Shown here: positions 62,201 through 64,000 of the stretch, in pieces
Position numbering within the stretch: the stretch's first letter is position 1
Layout: each line of letters starts with the position of its first letter
Source of the DNA: Ranitomeya imitator
Taxonomy: Eukaryota
Length of the DNA stretch: 64,000 bases
Direction of reading: 5' to 3'
Assembly (NCBI RefSeq): GCF_032444005.1
Contig: NC_091282.1
Location: 768,056,001 to 768,120,000 of the forward strand
Translations under genes and position numbers: made by a program
Notes under the pieces: generated by a model
Told to the model about the DNA's origin: nothing
Seen by the model: the letters and a program-made list of their open reading frames with translations, nothing else
Databases searched by the model: none

Positions 62201-62360
62201 TAATAGCAGGGATCTGAAGAGAATTCATTAGCTGCATGTTTCTTCCTGGTCAAATGTGTTTTTACTGCAGAGGCACAATGACTGGACTAATGTTATTTTA
62301 GTAGTAGGGACTGGTCACTGGAAAATTCACCAAGTGTAGGGCAGTTCTGTAATGACATAA

Positions 62361-63877
62361 CCCCTTAACCGCGGATACGCCTTTTAATGGTGGCAGTTAA
62401 GGGCACTTATGCCTCAGCGCCTTTAACAGCGCTGAGAAATAAGTATTTAGCGCCCCCCCTAGTGTTTGAAATTCGGGGCTGTTTTTACCGACTCTAGTGT
62501 TGCGATCATCGTTATTCATGGAATAACAGCAACCGGGAAAAAAAGGCCGATTTCCCATTTAATTTATCTCTCTCTCCTCTGATGTGATCGTCCTGCATAC
62601 CCCCGTGATTTCCTCCGGCCGGCGGTGTCTTCTTTTGGGAAGAAAATGGTGGACGCATGCACAGTGTGTCCGCCGAGATCTGACGGCCAGCACCAATAGG
62701 ACATTTTTCCTATTGGTTCATTTTGATCACTGTGATAGGGTCTATCACAGTGATCAAGATAAAAAAAAATATTAAATCAAACCCCTCTTTATCACCCTCT
62801 TAGTTAAGTAAAAATAACAAAATAAGAAAAAATGTATTTTCATTTTTCCATTAGGGTTGGGGCTAGAGGTAGGGTTATGGTTGAGATTAGGATTTGGGGT
62901 GCGTTAGGGTTGGAATTGAGGGGTTTCTACTGTTTAGGTACATCAGGGGTTCTCCAAACGCTACATGGCTCCACCATTGATTCCAACTAATTTTGCACCT
63001 AAAAAGTTAAACGGTGCTCCCTCCCTTCTAAGCCCTGCCATGCGCCCAAACAGTGGCTTTCCTCTACATACGGGGTATCAGCATACTCAGGACAAATGGC
63101 ACAACAAATTTTGTGGTTCATTTTCTCCTGATACCCTTGTGAAAATAAAAAAAAACTGGTTCCAAAGTAAATTTTGTATGAAAGAAGTAAAATGTTAATT
63201 TTTTCCTTACACATTGCTTTAGTTCTCGTAAAGCACCTGAAGGGTTAATAAACTTCTTGAATGTGGTTTTGCGCACCTTGAGGGGTGCAGTTTTTAGAAC
63301 GGTGTTACTTTTGGGTATTTTGTGTTATAGTGACCCCCCTGAACTCACTTCAAATTTGAGGTGGTCCCTAAAAAAATGGTTTTGTAAATTTTGTTGGAAA
63401 AACGAGAAATTGCTGGTCAATGTTTAAGCCTTATAACATCCTAAGAAAAATTAGTATAGAAAAATAGGAGACAAAAAAAGCGCAAATAGGGTCTTATCCC
63501 CAGGGTTGTTTCTAATCAATAGTGAGAGAACTGCTCACCTGGTGGTACACAGCACAGGCGTGTAGTTTGTCAGCTGCTGCAGATCCACAGGTCGGCGCTG
63601 CGACCTCTCAGAACCGTTATAATAAATGAAATGTGGATTACATCCGCGCTGCTGCGACAAATAATAGATCCAGATATACTTGTAAGATGTTTGGGTGGTT
63701 TATTCAACGCGTTTCGAAGCTCATGGCTTCTTCTTCAGGAAGTTTCCACACAAAGATCTCTTTATAGAATTATAGAATGCTGCATATAAGCCCTGAAAGG
63801 CGGTGGCCGTAACTCATATCTGCCATACCGGGTGACCGGTTCACTTTAGGTACCAAATTGGCTCTGTCACTAAGGGG
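62361..63877. mobile_element. piggyBac-type non-autonomous element containing a Penelope-like insert (~63445-63800)
   Basis: CCCCTTA..TAAGGGG ends with ATAA/TTAA flanks. Internal sequence is homologous to 8900-9700. Confidence 0.55.
63703..63741 (-). ncRNA. Minimal type I hammerhead ribozyme-like motif of the Penelope type
   Basis: Minus strand: uuc-CUGAAGA-A-GAAGC-CAUGA-GCUUC-GAAA-CGCG-UU-gaa. It has the conserved core boxes, a 5-bp stem II, a palindromic minimal stem III and a 3-bp stem I. Confidence 0.6.
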
Positions 63878-64000
63878 TTAAGTCACCTGCCCACACTAAA
63901 ACCACCACTAAAGATTCATATGATGACAACAGTGGCTGGTGTATAACGCCCTCCTTGACATCTCCAATATCGATGGCGACATCATGAACAGCACGGAGAT

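Noticed and set aside
62210-62231. Possible terminal exon 11 (RDLKRIH-stop) after a pyrimidine tract and CAG
   Set aside because: It lies in or next to an antisense CR1 fragment and has no similarity to the BBOF1 C-terminus. The real last exon(s) are more likely outside the window.

Overview
Vertebrate genomic DNA, most likely a frog (inferred from the transposon families present). The window covers the promoter and first ten coding exons of a plus-strand gene encoding a BBOF1/CCDC176-like coiled-coil basal-body protein. The ATG is at 4447. The ten GT-AG exons are phase-consistent and total 1478 nt with no stop codon, so the 3' end lies beyond the window. About 97% of the gene span is intron, filled with minisatellites and nested transposons. 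These include a two-gene PIF/Harbinger element (transposase with one nonsense codon, plus an intact 3-exon MADF/Myb partner gene) and three palindromic Harbinger-type MITEs. Also present are a Tc1 element, several hAT, Kolobok/T2-type, piggyBac-type and Helitron non-autonomous elements, L1, L2 and CR1 LINEs, a V-SINE, a solo LTR and a DIRS remnant. The most notable details are a virus-like 2A/StopGo-type motif (GDISPNPGP) ahead of the L2 endonuclease, a Penelope-type hammerhead ribozyme core near the right end, an RFX X-box just upstream of the ciliary gene, and a 4.3-kb CpG-rich minisatellite abutting the promoter. All calls come from manual reading and recalled family knowledge; no searches were run. 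Nearly all very long ORFs in the supplied track are artefacts of stop-free tandem repeats.
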